DNA from: an archaeon
Lineage (GTDB): Archaea; Iainarchaeota; Iainarchaeia; Iainarchaeales; 1-14-0-10-31-34
Reading direction: 5' to 3'
Length of the DNA stretch: 32,000 nt
Assembly: GCA_024277355.1 (NCBI GenBank)
Contig: JAJRVL010000009.1
Location: 1 to 32,000, forward strand
Below, piece by piece: positions 1-9,718 of this stretch (position 1 is the first letter of the stretch; every line of letters starts with the position of its first letter). The position numbers and the translations under genes were made by a program. The notes below the pieces were generated by a model. It saw only the letters and a list, made by a program, of their open reading frames with translations, did not search any database and was not told the origin of the DNA.

Positions 1-774
1 ACCAACACAGGACCAAGAAACACAACACAAAAAGACTTTACAGTAAGTATAACTCCAACAGAATTAGTTGATGAATTGCCTTTTGTTTTAACTGTTAGTT
101 CTGATGCAAATCCTTTGCAAAACACAAAAATTTCTTATGCAGGAAAAACTTATTTTACTAACACAAAAGGACAGGTTACTTTGAAAACAAACAAAGATTA
201 TTTAATTTTAAAAGCAAGCAAAACAGATTATAAAACTCAAAGCATAATTCTTGACGTAAAATTATCTGAATGCGGAAATAATATTTGTGAAACACCGCAT
301 GAAAATTCAAGTAATTGTTTGATTGACTGCGAATTGCAAAATAAACTAAAAATAACTGTTACTTCTCAGAAAAAATTATTAATTATTAAAGTAACTGATT
401 CGCAAAATAATCCTGTTTCAGACGTTCAGTTAACTTATGGAAACCAAACAAAAAATACTAATACAACAGGAATAATTGAATTCAATGAATTAGAAGGAAC
501 ACAAACAATCACTGCAGTAAAACAAGGGTTTGTTAATGGAACATTAAATTATTTCCCTGAACAAACATGCATTGAAGGAACAACACAACAATGTTCAACA
601 ACAAATGACTGCAAAGGAATTCAAACATGTGAAAATGGTTTATGGAGTTCTTGTGCTGATATTCCAAATGACTCTTGTCCTGCAGAAAATAACGGTTTAA
701 CTACAATAATTCTTTCAATAATTTTTGTTATAGGAATAGGTTTATTAGTAGCAACAAAATTAATGGCTAATTAA
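1..774 (+). CDS. C-terminal part of a secreted/membrane-anchored protein with a repeat-like extracellular region; 5' truncated by the window
   Basis: The reading frame is open from base 1 (TNTGPRNTTQKDFTVSITPTELVDEL...) through the listed TTG at 76, so the listed start is internal. It has Cys-rich and beta-rich segments and a C-terminal TM helix (LTTIILSIIFVIGIGLLVATKLMAN). Confidence 0.6.
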   Translation, partial: TNTGPRNTTQKDFTVSITPTELVDELPFVLTVSSDANPLQNTKISYAGKTYFTNTKGQVTLKTNKDYLILKASKTDYKTQSIILDVKLSECGNNICETPHENSSNCLIDCELQNKLKITVTSQKKLLIIKVTDSQNNPVSDVQLTYGNQTKNTNTTGIIEFNELEGTQTITAVKQGFVNGTLNYFPEQTCIEGTTQQCSTTNDCKGIQTCENGLWSSCADIPNDSCPAENNGLTTIILSIIFVIGIGLLVATKLMAN

Positions 775-840
775 ATCTTATGTATACTTTCAAAAAACTA
801 TTTAAAGATTTTTATAAAAATATTATTCTGGTATTGGGAG

Positions 841-882
841 TTAAGGAAGCAAGTTATACTGTGAAACAGATCCCTGGCTTGC
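841..882 (+). terminator. Stem-loop followed by T-run, terminator-like or small RNA candidate
   Basis: AAGCAAG...CTTGCTT 7-bp stem followed by TTTTT, with a small inner stem CTG-TGAAA-CAG. Confidence 0.3.
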
Positions 883-1060
883 TTTTTTAACAACTATTTT
901 TTCAGAAAAATGAAATCACCAAAAATGCTTTTTGCTTTGCAAAAAATTCTTGTTTTTTAAAATTCAAATCCTTTATTAATTTTTCCAGACAATTTTGTTA
1001 TTGATTGTTTTTGTTTTAACAAAAACGTTTTTAATTAAACTTTTTTTAAAAAAGTTTACT

Positions 1061-1143
1061 GCAGAGGTGGCGGAGCGGTTTAACGCGCCGGCCTTGAGAG
1101 CCGGTGTCCTTTGGACGCGCGAGTTCGAATCTCGTCCTCTGCG
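1061..1143 (+). tRNA. tRNA-Ser(TGA)
   Basis: Acceptor GCAGAGG/CCTCTGC, anticodon stem CCGGC-CTTGAGA-GCCGG, long variable arm, T arm with GTTCGAATC, discriminator G. Confidence 0.95.
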
Positions 1144-1264
1144 TTCGCGCTTTCGAGCGCGAGAACCGAAGCACTGCCTTCGCTGTTGCTCGGCAGAGCA
1201 TGCACAGCTTTATGCTGTGCACTGGTGCCAGCTGACAGAGGCAGTTGATGTGATGTGATAAAAA

Positions 1265-1831
1265 ATGAAAAAAATTTTTTTGTTAATTGTTTTTGGATTA
1301 ATTCTTTCAGGATGTATTCAAAACAATACTGAAAATACAAACACAGAAAATAACTTAAATAATTTAAATGAAATAAAAGAAAATAATTCAGGAGGAGTTG
1401 AATTGAGTAATACAGTAGAAAAAGGAGATTTAATTAAAGTTGAATATATAGGAAAGTTTCCTGACACAAAAGAAGTTTTTGATAAAAGTGAAGGCAGAGG
1501 CCCATTAGAGTTTACAGCAGGCGCAGGACAAATGATTAAAGGATTTGATGATGCAGTTATAGGCATGAAATTAAATGAAGAAAAAACTGTAATTATTGCT
1601 CCAGAAGATGCTTATGGTTCAGCTGATTCAGGAAAAAAAGCTGAAGTCCCTATAGCTCAAATTCAAGGAGAAGAAGAAGTAAAAGTTGGTTCAACTCTTT
1701 TTGCAGGAAATGGCCAGCAGGGAACAGTAATTGAAATAAAAGATGATATAGCAGTAATTGAATTCAAGCATCCAATGGCAGGAAAAACATTAGAGTTCTG
1801 GATTAAAGTTGTGGAAATAACTAAAGCTTAA
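1265..1831 (+). CDS. FKBP-type peptidyl-prolyl cis-trans isomerase, predicted lipoprotein
   Basis: Lipobox-like N terminus (LILSGCIQ), then GDLIKVEYIGKF...F..GAGQMIKGFDDAVIGMKLNEEKTVIIAPEDAYG, typical of short FKBPs. Confidence 0.85.
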   Translation: MKKIFLLIVFGLILSGCIQNNTENTNTENNLNNLNEIKENNSGGVELSNTVEKGDLIKVEYIGKFPDTKEVFDKSEGRGPLEFTAGAGQMIKGFDDAVIGMKLNEEKTVIIAPEDAYGSADSGKKAEVPIAQIQGEEEVKVGSTLFAGNGQQGTVIEIKDDIAVIEFKHPMAGKTLEFWIKVVEITKA

Positions 1832-1846
1832 TCCTTTTTCTTTTTT

Positions 1847-3019
1847 TTAATTTTGTTTTATTTTTTTATATGCTTCTCTAAAAGGAATTCCTTGTTTAAC
1901 TAATTTATGAATTTCTTTAACTGAATGCATTTCTTTTGTTATTCCTTTACTGCAGTTTTCTTTGTTTACTTTTGTTTTATTCAATACAATTTTTATTATT
2001 TTAAGGCAGTTTTTTGTATTGTTAAATCCTTTTATTACTGGCTCTTTAGTTAACTGAAAATCCCTATTATATCCTGAAATAAGGTTTCCAATAATATTTT
2101 TTATTTGAAATTCAAAAGCTAAATTTTCATAATATTTTGCCCTGACTATTTCTAATGCATCAGGATTTTTTTTATGAGGCATAATTGAACTTCCAGTGCA
2201 AATTTCTTTATTTAATTCAATAAAACCAAATTCACTCATGTTAAACAAAAGCATATCAGAAGAAATTTTATTTAAATCAAACATTACTTGGTTTAATGAA
2301 TTAAGAATAATTGACTCAAATTTTCCCCGGCTGTTCTGAACATAAATTGAATTATTCTGTATTTTTTTAAATCCAAGCAATTTTTTTGTTAATTTCCTGT
2401 CAGTTTTTACCGGAAGATTATATCCTGCGCCTGTTCCTAAAGGACTTTGGTCAAGAAGTTTATTAACAAAAAAAATTAATTTTTTGTTATCCTGCATTGA
2501 TTCAATAAAAGCCTGGCTCCATAAGCCAGCAGAAGAAGGAACTGCTTTCTGCATATGAGTATAGCCTGGCATTGCAATTTTTCCGTATTTTTTTTTAAAC
2601 AAAAATAATTCTTTAATTAATGCATCAATTAACTTAATTACATCTTTTATTTCATTTTTGTAATACAACCTTAATGCAGTTAAAACCTGATCATTCCTTG
2701 ACCTTAAAGCATGAATTTTTTTTCCTGTTTTACTTAATTTTTTTACAAGAAAATTTTCTATTGAAGTATGACAGTCTTCATCTTCTTTTTTTATTTTAAA
2801 TTTTTTTTGTTTGTCAAGTTTAATTATTTCATTTAATGCATTAATTATTTCACTGCATTCTTTTTTATTCAGTAATCCTTTTTTTTTCAGCATTATTGCG
2901 TGTGCAATTGAAGCAATACAGTCATATTTAATCAGTTTCTTGTCTAATAAAAAATCATTGCCTACAGTAAACTCTTCTATTTCTTTATTTAGTTTTAATT
3001 TTTTTTCCCATAACTTCAT
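1847..3019 (-). CDS. argH: Argininosuccinate lyase
   Basis: [55 protein letters not shown] signature motifs. Confidence 0.95.
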   Translation of the reverse strand: MKLWEKKLKLNKEIEEFTVGNDFLLDKKLIKYDCIASIAHAIMLKKKGLLNKKECSEIINALNEIIKLDKQKKFKIKKEDEDCHTSIENFLVKKLSKTGKKIHALRSRNDQVLTALRLYYKNEIKDVIKLIDALIKELFLFKKKYGKIAMPGYTHMQKAVPSSAGLWSQAFIESMQDNKKLIFFVNKLLDQSPLGTGAGYNLPVKTDRKLTKKLLGFKKIQNNSIYVQNSRGKFESIILNSLNQVMFDLNKISSDMLLFNMSEFGFIELNKEICTGSSIMPHKKNPDALEIVRAKYYENLAFEFQIKNIIGNLISGYNRDFQLTKEPVIKGFNNTKNCLKIIKIVLNKTKVNKENCSKGITKEMHSVKEIHKLVKQGIPFREAYKKIKQN

Positions 3020-4236
3020 TTTTTTTCACTACTCAATTTAAACCTTAATCCGGTAATTTTAATGAATCCTTTTGCATCTTCCTGATTAAAATTTCCTTCT
3101 TCTTCCATACTGGAAATTTTCTGATTATACAAAGAGTTTTTTGATTCCCTTCCTGAAATAATTATGTTTCCTTTGTATAATGAAAGAAAAACTTTTCCTG
3201 AAACAGTTTTCTGACTTTTGTTTACTGCAGTCATTAAAAATTCCATTTCAGGAGAAAACCAAAATCCATTATAAATTATTTTTGCAATCAAAGGAACAAA
3301 TAATTCTTTTAAATGCATTACTTCTTTATCCAAAGTAATTGATTCTAAATCTTTATGTGCATTAAATAAAATTGTTCCAGCAGGGGTTTCATAAACTCCC
3401 CTTGATTTTATTCCGATAAAACGATTTTCCACTAAATCAATTCTTCCAATTCCGTTTTCTCCACCTAATTTATTCAAATATTTAAATAATTCCAGTGAAC
3501 CTTTAACTTCTTTTTTTTCATTTAAATTAATTACTTTAACTGGAATTCCTTTTTCAAATTCAATACAAATTTCAGTTTCTTTTTCTAAAGCATTTTTTGG
3601 AGATTTAGTTAACTTAAACATTTCTTCTTTTGGTTTATTTAATGGATTTTCAAGTATTCCTGACTCAAAACTTAAATGCATTAAATTTTCATCCATGCTA
3701 AAAGGTTTTTCAAGACTTGCATCAATAGGAATTCCTTCTTTTTTTGCATAATTAATTAAATCTCCCCTTCCTTTGAATTGTTCAAGCCAGTCTTTTTCTT
3801 TCCATGGACTAATAATTTCAGCTTCAGGCAAAAATTTCATCCAGGTTAACTCAAACCTTACTTGATCATTTCCTTTTCCTGTACATCCATGAGCAAGAAC
3901 ATTAGTTTTTTCTTTTACTGCTATTTCAACTTGTTTTTTTGCAATCAAAGGCCTTGCTAAAGCAGTTCCTAATAAATATTTTCCTTCATAAACTGCATTA
4001 GCTTTTAATGATTCAAAAATAAATTCTTCAACAAACTCTTTTTTTAAATCTTCAACAAAAACTTTTTTTGCGCCAATCTCAAAAGCTTTTTCTTTTACTT
4101 TTTCAAAGTTCTCTTTCTGCCCTATATCAGCTACAAAAGCAATTACTTCAAATCCTTTATTTACAAGCCATTTCAAAATTACAGAAGTATCTAATCCTCC
4201 GCTGTAAGCCAAAACAACTTTCTTGTTTTTTTCCAT
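3016..4236 (-). CDS. argG: Argininosuccinate synthase
   Basis: N-terminal [61 protein letters not shown]. Overlaps argH by 4 nt. Confidence 0.96.
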   Translation of the reverse strand: MEKNKKVVLAYSGGLDTSVILKWLVNKGFEVIAFVADIGQKENFEKVKEKAFEIGAKKVFVEDLKKEFVEEFIFESLKANAVYEGKYLLGTALARPLIAKKQVEIAVKEKTNVLAHGCTGKGNDQVRFELTWMKFLPEAEIISPWKEKDWLEQFKGRGDLINYAKKEGIPIDASLEKPFSMDENLMHLSFESGILENPLNKPKEEMFKLTKSPKNALEKETEICIEFEKGIPVKVINLNEKKEVKGSLELFKYLNKLGGENGIGRIDLVENRFIGIKSRGVYETPAGTILFNAHKDLESITLDKEVMHLKELFVPLIAKIIYNGFWFSPEMEFLMTAVNKSQKTVSGKVFLSLYKGNIIISGRESKNSLYNQKISSMEEEGNFNQEDAKGFIKITGLRFKLSSEKK

Positions 4237-4355
4237 TAAAATTACTTGTTTAAAGAAGTTATTATTTCTGATGACCCAAACAAAACTAAAAATAACTTTT
4301 TTGTTTCAAATAAAACAAAAGTATGAAATTAAACTAAATTGTTCTAAAAGAAACA

Positions 4356-4365
4356 TTTAAATATT
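4356..4365 (+). promoter_or_regulatory. TATA-like archaeal promoter for the ACT-domain gene
   Basis: TTTAAATATT about 21-30 nt upstream of ATG 4386. No clear Shine-Dalgarno, suggesting a leaderless transcript. Confidence 0.4.
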
Positions 4366-4385
4366 TGTCAACTCATTATTTTCTT

Positions 4386-5021
4386 ATGCCTTCTACAACA
4401 GAATTAACTGAAAATTTTATTGAATCACATCCAAGCATTAAAGACTGCTTAAAGAATGAAGTAATTAATTATTCAAAGCTTTCAAGGAAAATTTCCAAAG
4501 AATTAGGAATCCAAAAAAAATCAAGCATTGAAGCTATTCTTGTTGCCTGCAGAAGGTATTCATTTAAATTAAAGAAAACAAAAGTTTTAGAAGAAAAAAT
4601 AATGAATATTCTGAAAAAAAGTGAATTAGAAATAAAAAATAAAATTATTGTTGTAGTAATAGACAAAAAAATTTATGCGGATTATTTAATTGAAATTGAA
4701 AAAAAAGTCAGGAAAACCGCTGACACTTTTTATGCAATTGAAGGAGTTAATGTTTTTACTGTTATTGCGTCAGAAAAATATCTTGAAGACTTCAATAAAC
4801 TTTTTAAAAAGAATATAATTAATGTTTCAAAAAATCTTGCTTTAATTACTCTTAAAAGCCCTGAATCAATGGAAAACACTCCTGGTGTTGTTTCGTTTCT
4901 TTTTTCTGTTTTTGCTGAAAATAATGTTAATATTGTTGAAACAATGAGCTGCTGGACGGACACAATTTTTGTTGTCTCAGAAAAAGATGTTTCTCCAGCA
5001 ATGAATTTCTTAAAGTTCTGA
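4386..5021 (+). CDS. ACT-domain-containing protein
   Basis: C-terminal segment LALITLKSPESMENTPGVVSFLFSVFAENNVNIVETMSCWTDTIFVVSEKD resembles an ACT domain. The listed start at 4365 falls in the TATA-like box; ATG 4386 is preferred. Confidence 0.6.
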   Translation: MPSTTELTENFIESHPSIKDCLKNEVINYSKLSRKISKELGIQKKSSIEAILVACRRYSFKLKKTKVLEEKIMNILKKSELEIKNKIIVVVIDKKIYADYLIEIEKKVRKTADTFYAIEGVNVFTVIASEKYLEDFNKLFKKNIINVSKNLALITLKSPESMENTPGVVSFLFSVFAENNVNIVETMSCWTDTIFVVSEKDVSPAMNFLKF

Positions 5022-5068
5022 ATTCAACTGGCTTTTCTTTTAAAATACTTTTTTTTCTTAATTTTTTA

Positions 5069-5431
5069 ATGAACTTTGATTTAACTAAACTTAACTTAAA
5101 CAAAAAAACCTGGCTTAGACTTTTACTTCTGCCTTTTCTTTTGTATTCTTTTTATTTAGCTAAATTTCCTTTAGAAATAATTGTTTTTTTTGGAGTTTTC
5201 TTTTTGTTAATAATTTTGTTCAGAACTCATTTTTACCAGAAAATTGAATTTCATTTAGGAAAAAAATTTCCTTTTATTCATGAATGGCATCCCTGGAAAA
5301 AAAAAGCATTAATTATTTTAGTTTTTATTTTAATTTATGGATTAATAAAACAAATACTTTTTTTCTCTTTAAATATATTTTTTGGAATTGATTTAGAAGA
5401 AATGCTTTTAGAAAACCTTAATTCACTTTAA
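5069..5431 (+). CDS. Small integral membrane protein
   Basis: 120 aa with several hydrophobic segments; no family recognised. Confidence 0.5.
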   Translation: MNFDLTKLNLNKKTWLRLLLLPFLLYSFYLAKFPLEIIVFFGVFFLLIILFRTHFYQKIEFHLGKKFPFIHEWHPWKKKALIILVFILIYGLIKQILFFSLNIFFGIDLEEMLLENLNSL

Positions 5432-5480
5432 TAAGCTTTTTTAATTCTTTTTATTGCATTATACTGTAAAGGTGAATTAA

Positions 5481-5882
5481 ATTAAATTTCATTTCTTAAA
5501 TTTATTAAGGCAAATAAAAAATTCTTTTAATGACAAAGAAGTCAAAGTTTTATTAATCATAGTTTTTTTTAGTATTGTTTTTGGAGGATTATTTTATCAT
5601 TATGCTGAAGGCTGGACTTTTTTTGATTCAATTTATTTTTCTGTTATAACTTTAACTACAATTGGTTTTGGAGATTTATATCCAAAAACTTTCGCAGGAA
5701 AACTTTTCACTATTTTTTATGTTTTTATAGGTATAGGAATAATTTTCCTTTTTATAAATAAAATTTCTTCTAATGCAATAAAAGAATATCCTGCAATAAA
5801 AGTAATTGAAAAAAAACCTTCAATAAAAAAAGAAATAAAAAAAGAAATAAGAAAAGCACAAAGAAAATTAAATAAAAAATAA
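5481..5882 (+). CDS. Two-TM potassium-channel-like protein (pore domain); not in the supplied ORF track
   Basis: Frame 3 reads ...KVLLIIVFFSIVFGGLFYHYAEGWTFFDSIYFSVITLTTIGFGDLYPKTFAGKLFTIFYVFIGIGIIFLFINKI...NKK*. TTIGFGD matches the K+ selectivity filter. No ATG/GTG/TTG start in frame; possible ATT start at 5481 after GGTG. Confidence 0.7.
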   Translation: MKFHFLNLLRQIKNSFNDKEVKVLLIIVFFSIVFGGLFYHYAEGWTFFDSIYFSVITLTTIGFGDLYPKTFAGKLFTIFYVFIGIGIIFLFINKISSNAIKEYPAIKVIEKKPSIKKEIKKEIRKAQRKLNKK

Positions 5883-5992
5883 CAAAACAAAGAAAAATAA
5901 AAATAAGTTAATTAAGAAATCACAAAATAAAAATTAATTAAAATAAAGTGAAATGAAAAAATCAATAAAAAAATTAAATTTAAGTGAAATAA

Positions 5993-6502
5993 ATGAATAA
6001 AGTAATTCTTGTTGCAGGCTCTCATAATGCTTCAATTAAAGCAATGAATTTAGCTGAAGAAACAGGAAAAGAAATAGCAAAAAATAATTGTGTTTTAATT
6101 TGCGGAGGCTTAACAGGAGTAATGCAGGCTTCATGCAAAGGAATAAAACAAGAAAAAGGAATTTCAGTTTGTGTTATTCCATCTAATAATAAATCTGATG
6201 CAAATGAATTTTGTTCAATTGTAATTCCTTCAGGAATAGGTTTTGGAAGAAACTTTATTTTAGTTAATTCAGCTGACGCAGTAATTTTAATTGAAGGGCA
6301 AGCAGGAACTTATATTGAAGCTTTAGCTTCTTATTTACAAAAAAAACCAATTATTGCTTTAACTGATTCAGGCGGAATAACAGATAAAATTAAAGACACT
6401 TTTTTAGATGACAATAAAACAATTAAAATTCTTTCAGCTTCCACTCCAAAACAAGCAGTTGAATTAGCTTTAAAAAAAATAACTGAAAAAAACTCAAAAT
6501 AA
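5993..6502 (+). CDS. TIGR00725-like / lysine-decarboxylase-like (LOG) Rossmann protein
   Basis: CVLICGGLTGVMQASCKGIKQEKGISVCVIP, FGRNFILVNSADAVILIEGQAGTYIEA. Confidence 0.75.
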   Translation: MNKVILVAGSHNASIKAMNLAEETGKEIAKNNCVLICGGLTGVMQASCKGIKQEKGISVCVIPSNNKSDANEFCSIVIPSGIGFGRNFILVNSADAVILIEGQAGTYIEALASYLQKKPIIALTDSGGITDKIKDTFLDDNKTIKILSASTPKQAVELALKKITEKNSK

Positions 6503-6608
6503 TTCCTTTTTAATAGTTTTTTTACTGAAATTTTAAAGACTTATTTACTTGTTTTTGCTTTAGCAAAAACCGTTTTTTGATTAAACTTTTTTTTGAAAAA
6601 AGTTTACT

Positions 6609-6692
6609 GCAGAGGTGGCTGAGTGGTTAAAAGCGCCAGCTTGGAAAGCTGGTATCTTCACGGATACGCGAGTTCGAATCTCGTCCTCTGCG
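6609..6692 (+). tRNA. tRNA-Ser(GGA)
   Basis: Acceptor GCAGAGG/CCTCTGC, anticodon arm CCAGC-TTGGAAA-GCTGG, long variable arm, GTTCGAATC, discriminator G. Confidence 0.95.
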
Positions 6693-6718
6693 TTCCGAGC
6701 TACTCCTCGGAAGGGAGC

Positions 6719-6738
6719 GTGCTATCTTACGATAGCAC
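6719..6738 (+). repeat. GC-richer hairpin downstream of tRNA-Ser
   Basis: GTGCTATC-TTAC-GATAGCAC perfect 8-bp stem; related hairpins follow RNase P RNA and 23S rRNA. Confidence 0.6.
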
Positions 6739-6837
6739 TGCATAAACTTTTAAGAAAAGTTGTATCAAAAAATGGCTAACGCCAAAAACAACTTTTAAGA
6801 AATTTAATCAAAAAGCTTACTGTTTGTTTAGAAGATT

Positions 6838-7683
6838 TCATTTAAGATGTATTTTATATCTTCCCTGTTGATGTGTAATTGGTATTGGTTTTTTGATTAA
6901 CCATTTCTTGATTTTTGATGGTTTTTTTAGTTCAGTTGAAACAACCTTGTTTTTTATTTTACTGACTATTACAGCTTTTTTTTTGGCTTTATCTAAAATT
7001 AATGCTATTCCTCCTTTAGCAAGTTTTTTTGTAATATCAAATAAATCATTTGGCCTAATATTTAATCCTTCTGCAGGAACTAAAATTAAATGAGTTTTTT
7101 TATTTGATTTTTTTGCAGGATGCAAATCCATTTCTCTTTGATTTGTTATGTCTGCACAAACTCGCATTTCAATTGTTTTTCCTTTAAATTCAATTCTGGG
7201 AAAAGACTTAATTTTTTTTGCTAACTTATAAAACTTTTTTTTTGCTTCTTTTTTATTTCCTCTTGAATTTCTTGCTATTACCTCTGTTTCTCCTTGAGTT
7301 AAATTTTTTCCTTGATTATATGTTGCTAATTTAGGATAAGCTTTATACCCTGATAAATTTTGTTTTGTTTGAGGAAAAATCAAATAACCCGTATTAGTAA
7401 TCAAAGGATTTTTTCTTTTTTCTGTTTTTCCTTTTCTGTGTTCAAAAACAGAATAAGAAACACTTGCTTTTCCATGAATACTTAAAATTGGAGTAATTAA
7501 TTTTGCAATTACTTTTCCGTTAATTCTGCTTATTGGAGTGTTTCCTAAAACTGCTTCAGGAAAAAGAATAATTAAAGGTTTTCCTTTGAATTCATGAACA
7601 GTAGTTCTTACTTCATTAATTAACTGCTGAGATGACTCAAAAGTTTTATTTATTGCAACAATATTAACAGGTGTTTTTTCCAT
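6838..7683 (-). CDS. Carbon-nitrogen hydrolase (nitrilase superfamily)-like protein
   Basis: LIILFPEAVLG, FKGKTIEMRVCADITNQ resemble the Glu and Cys motifs of the superfamily; otherwise divergent. Confidence 0.5.
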   Translation of the reverse strand: MEKTPVNIVAINKTFESSQQLINEVRTTVHEFKGKPLIILFPEAVLGNTPISRINGKVIAKLITPILSIHGKASVSYSVFEHRKGKTEKRKNPLITNTGYLIFPQTKQNLSGYKAYPKLATYNQGKNLTQGETEVIARNSRGNKKEAKKKFYKLAKKIKSFPRIEFKGKTIEMRVCADITNQREMDLHPAKKSNKKTHLILVPAEGLNIRPNDLFDITKKLAKGGIALILDKAKKKAVIVSKIKNKVVSTELKKPSKIKKWLIKKPIPITHQQGRYKIHLK

Positions 7684-7692
7684 TAAATCACT

Positions 7693-8565
7693 TTACACTT
7701 CTATATTTAAAAAATATCTTACAATAAATCCAATTAAAAAAGTAATTAATGCTACTCCTAAACTTATGCCTGCCATTTCAAAAAAACGATGTTTAAAGTT
7801 TAAATCTTTTGCAACTGAAATATAAAAAGTAAAAATAAAAATAATTATTATTGCGTTAATTAACATTGAAATTAAACTAACATAAATATCAGAAAAAACA
7901 AAATAAGGCAGAATTAAAAACAATACTGTGAAAACATATGCTGTTCCGGTATAAACTGAAGCCTTTAATGGATTCTTGAAATTTTCTTCGGTTTTTTTAG
8001 ATAAATATTCTGATGCAGCCATAGATAATGAAGCAGCAATTCCTGTAATTAATCCTGCAACAGCAATTAACTGGGAGTTCTGAAATACAAGAGTTAATCC
8101 TGCTAATGCTCCTGTTAATTCAACTAAAGCATCATTTAATCCTAATACAATTGAACCAACATACTCTAATTTTTCTTCTCTTAATAAATTAATTAATTTT
8201 CTTTCATGTTCGTTTTCATCTTTAATTATTTCTTTTACTTCAGGGATTTCTTTCAGTAATTTTTCGTATTCTTGTTGTGCTTTTTCTTCTCCGTTTTCCA
8301 TTAATTTTATTCCAAAAGTCAACCCAAAAATCTTTGAAATTAAATAATATTTCTGTATTTTAAATTTATCTGGCTGAACTTCTTTTCCAGTTAATTTTTT
8401 CCAGAATTCATAATGCTTTAATTCGTCTTTGGCAATTTTTTCTAAAATTTTTTTGTTTTCTGTTTCTTTTGTTTTTTCAGCTAATTTTTTATAAATAAAA
8501 TGTTCTGTTATTTCGCTTTCCTGCATTTCAAGAATAGTTTTTCTTGTTTTTTCTTTTAACTGCAT
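7693..8565 (-). CDS. Ferritin-like (rubrerythrin-type) domain fused to VIT1/CCC1-family transporter
   Basis: N-terminal helices with E..H (ESEITEHFIYKKLAEK...DELKHYEFW...DENEHERKL) then EYVGSIVLGLNDALVELTGALAGLTLVF...GLITGIAASLSMAASEYLS. Confidence 0.85.
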   Translation of the reverse strand: MQLKEKTRKTILEMQESEITEHFIYKKLAEKTKETENKKILEKIAKDELKHYEFWKKLTGKEVQPDKFKIQKYYLISKIFGLTFGIKLMENGEEKAQQEYEKLLKEIPEVKEIIKDENEHERKLINLLREEKLEYVGSIVLGLNDALVELTGALAGLTLVFQNSQLIAVAGLITGIAASLSMAASEYLSKKTEENFKNPLKASVYTGTAYVFTVLFLILPYFVFSDIYVSLISMLINAIIIIFIFTFYISVAKDLNFKHRFFEMAGISLGVALITFLIGFIVRYFLNIEV

Positions 8566-8636
8566 AATAATATTAATTAAGTGTCTTGTAATTTAAAAGG
8601 TTTTTTTAATTTTATTTATTATAATAAATTATTTCT

Positions 8637-8719
8637 GCAGGGTTAGCCAAGCGGTCAACGGCGGTAGGTTGAGGGCCTATGACTTAGTGTCTACGGGGGT
8701 TCGAATCCTCCACTCTGCA
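8637..8719 (+). tRNA. tRNA-Leu(GAG)
   Basis: Acceptor GCAGGGT/ACTCTGC, anticodon arm GTAGG-TTGAGGG-CCTAT, long variable arm, GGTTCGAATCC, discriminator A. Confidence 0.93.
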
Positions 8720-8757
8720 ATTTTTGATCAAACTTTTTTTTAAAAAGTTTGCGGGCA

Positions 8758-8778
8758 GTTTGAATCCTCCACTCTGCA
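8758..8778 (+). repeat. Partial duplicate of the tRNA-Leu 3' end
   Basis: GTTTGAATCCTCCACTCTGCA matches tRNA-Leu 8699-8719 (GTTCGAATCCTCCACTCTGCA) at 20/21. Confidence 0.85.
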
Positions 8779-8854
8779 TTAACGGTTTTGTCCGCGAATA
8801 ACGCGTGCTATTTTTGCTTTGCTCAATAGCGCACTGCAATAAAGGTTTCTCTGT

Positions 8855-9664
8855 TTATTTTTTTGTTAAATGTTTGTTTAATTCAGGATAATGTCTGTCA
8901 ATTAATTTTTCATCAATCATTTTTCTAATTATTTTTGCAACAAACAATTCATTTACTTCTATTCCTTGTGTTTTAAGATTTTTTAGTATTGTAGTTATTT
9001 TTCTTCTTGGATTTTTAATTAAAATTCTTCTTGTTGCAATGCTTTTTGGTTCTAATAGAGTTTGAGGTCTTAACTTTTGTTCAATTAAAGCCATATTTTT
9101 TTCATTTACTTTAAATCTAACTGGAATTCCAGCTAAATTTATTATTACGCTGTCAAGTCTTCCTTTTTGAGAAGAAATTTGCTTACTTTTTTTTGTTATT
9201 TTTAGTTTTTGGTTTATTGATTTAATTTTATGTTCTTCTTTTTTAGCTATTCTTTCAAGTTTTGTTCCTTGTCTTTCTCTGAAAGCCATATATTTATTAA
9301 TAGCAGTTGTCAGATTTTTGGCTGTTCCTCCTTCAATTCCTAATTTTTTCCTTTTTTTAATTGATTTTTGTCCTGATTTTTGTATTGCTTTTATTACTGT
9401 TCCTTTGCTTTGCTGTATTTGTTGAGCGTATGTTTTTGCATGTCGTCTTAATTCTATTTTTGTTTTCATTTTTGCTTTCATTAATTTAAGTAAATCAATC
9501 AAAATAGTTCTGCTTTGAATTGTTCTTAGATTTCCATTCATAATTCTTCTTGTAGTAAACCTTCTTTGGCTTAAAGGTTTTTTGAAATAACCTTTTTTAG
9601 CTATGTTTTCAATTTGAATTCTTCTTGGAATCTTTCTTTTTTTAAGTGCAGGCATAATTATCAT
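8855..9664 (-). CDS. Highly basic hypothetical protein
   Basis: 269-aa ORF extremely rich in Lys/Arg, predicted mostly helical; no family recognised. Confidence 0.5.
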   Translation of the reverse strand: MIIMPALKKRKIPRRIQIENIAKKGYFKKPLSQRRFTTRRIMNGNLRTIQSRTILIDLLKLMKAKMKTKIELRRHAKTYAQQIQQSKGTVIKAIQKSGQKSIKKRKKLGIEGGTAKNLTTAINKYMAFRERQGTKLERIAKKEEHKIKSINQKLKITKKSKQISSQKGRLDSVIINLAGIPVRFKVNEKNMALIEQKLRPQTLLEPKSIATRRILIKNPRRKITTILKNLKTQGIEVNELFVAKIIRKMIDEKLIDRHYPELNKHLTKK

Positions 9665-9718
9665 TCATTAAATAACTTTTATTAAATGAATTATGCTCTT
9701 AGAAATAGAAAAACCTTT

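Noticed and set aside
995-1340. ORFs 995..1258 (+) and 1080..1340 (-)
   Set aside because: They overlap tRNA-Ser(TGA) and its GC-rich structured tail; low-complexity translations.
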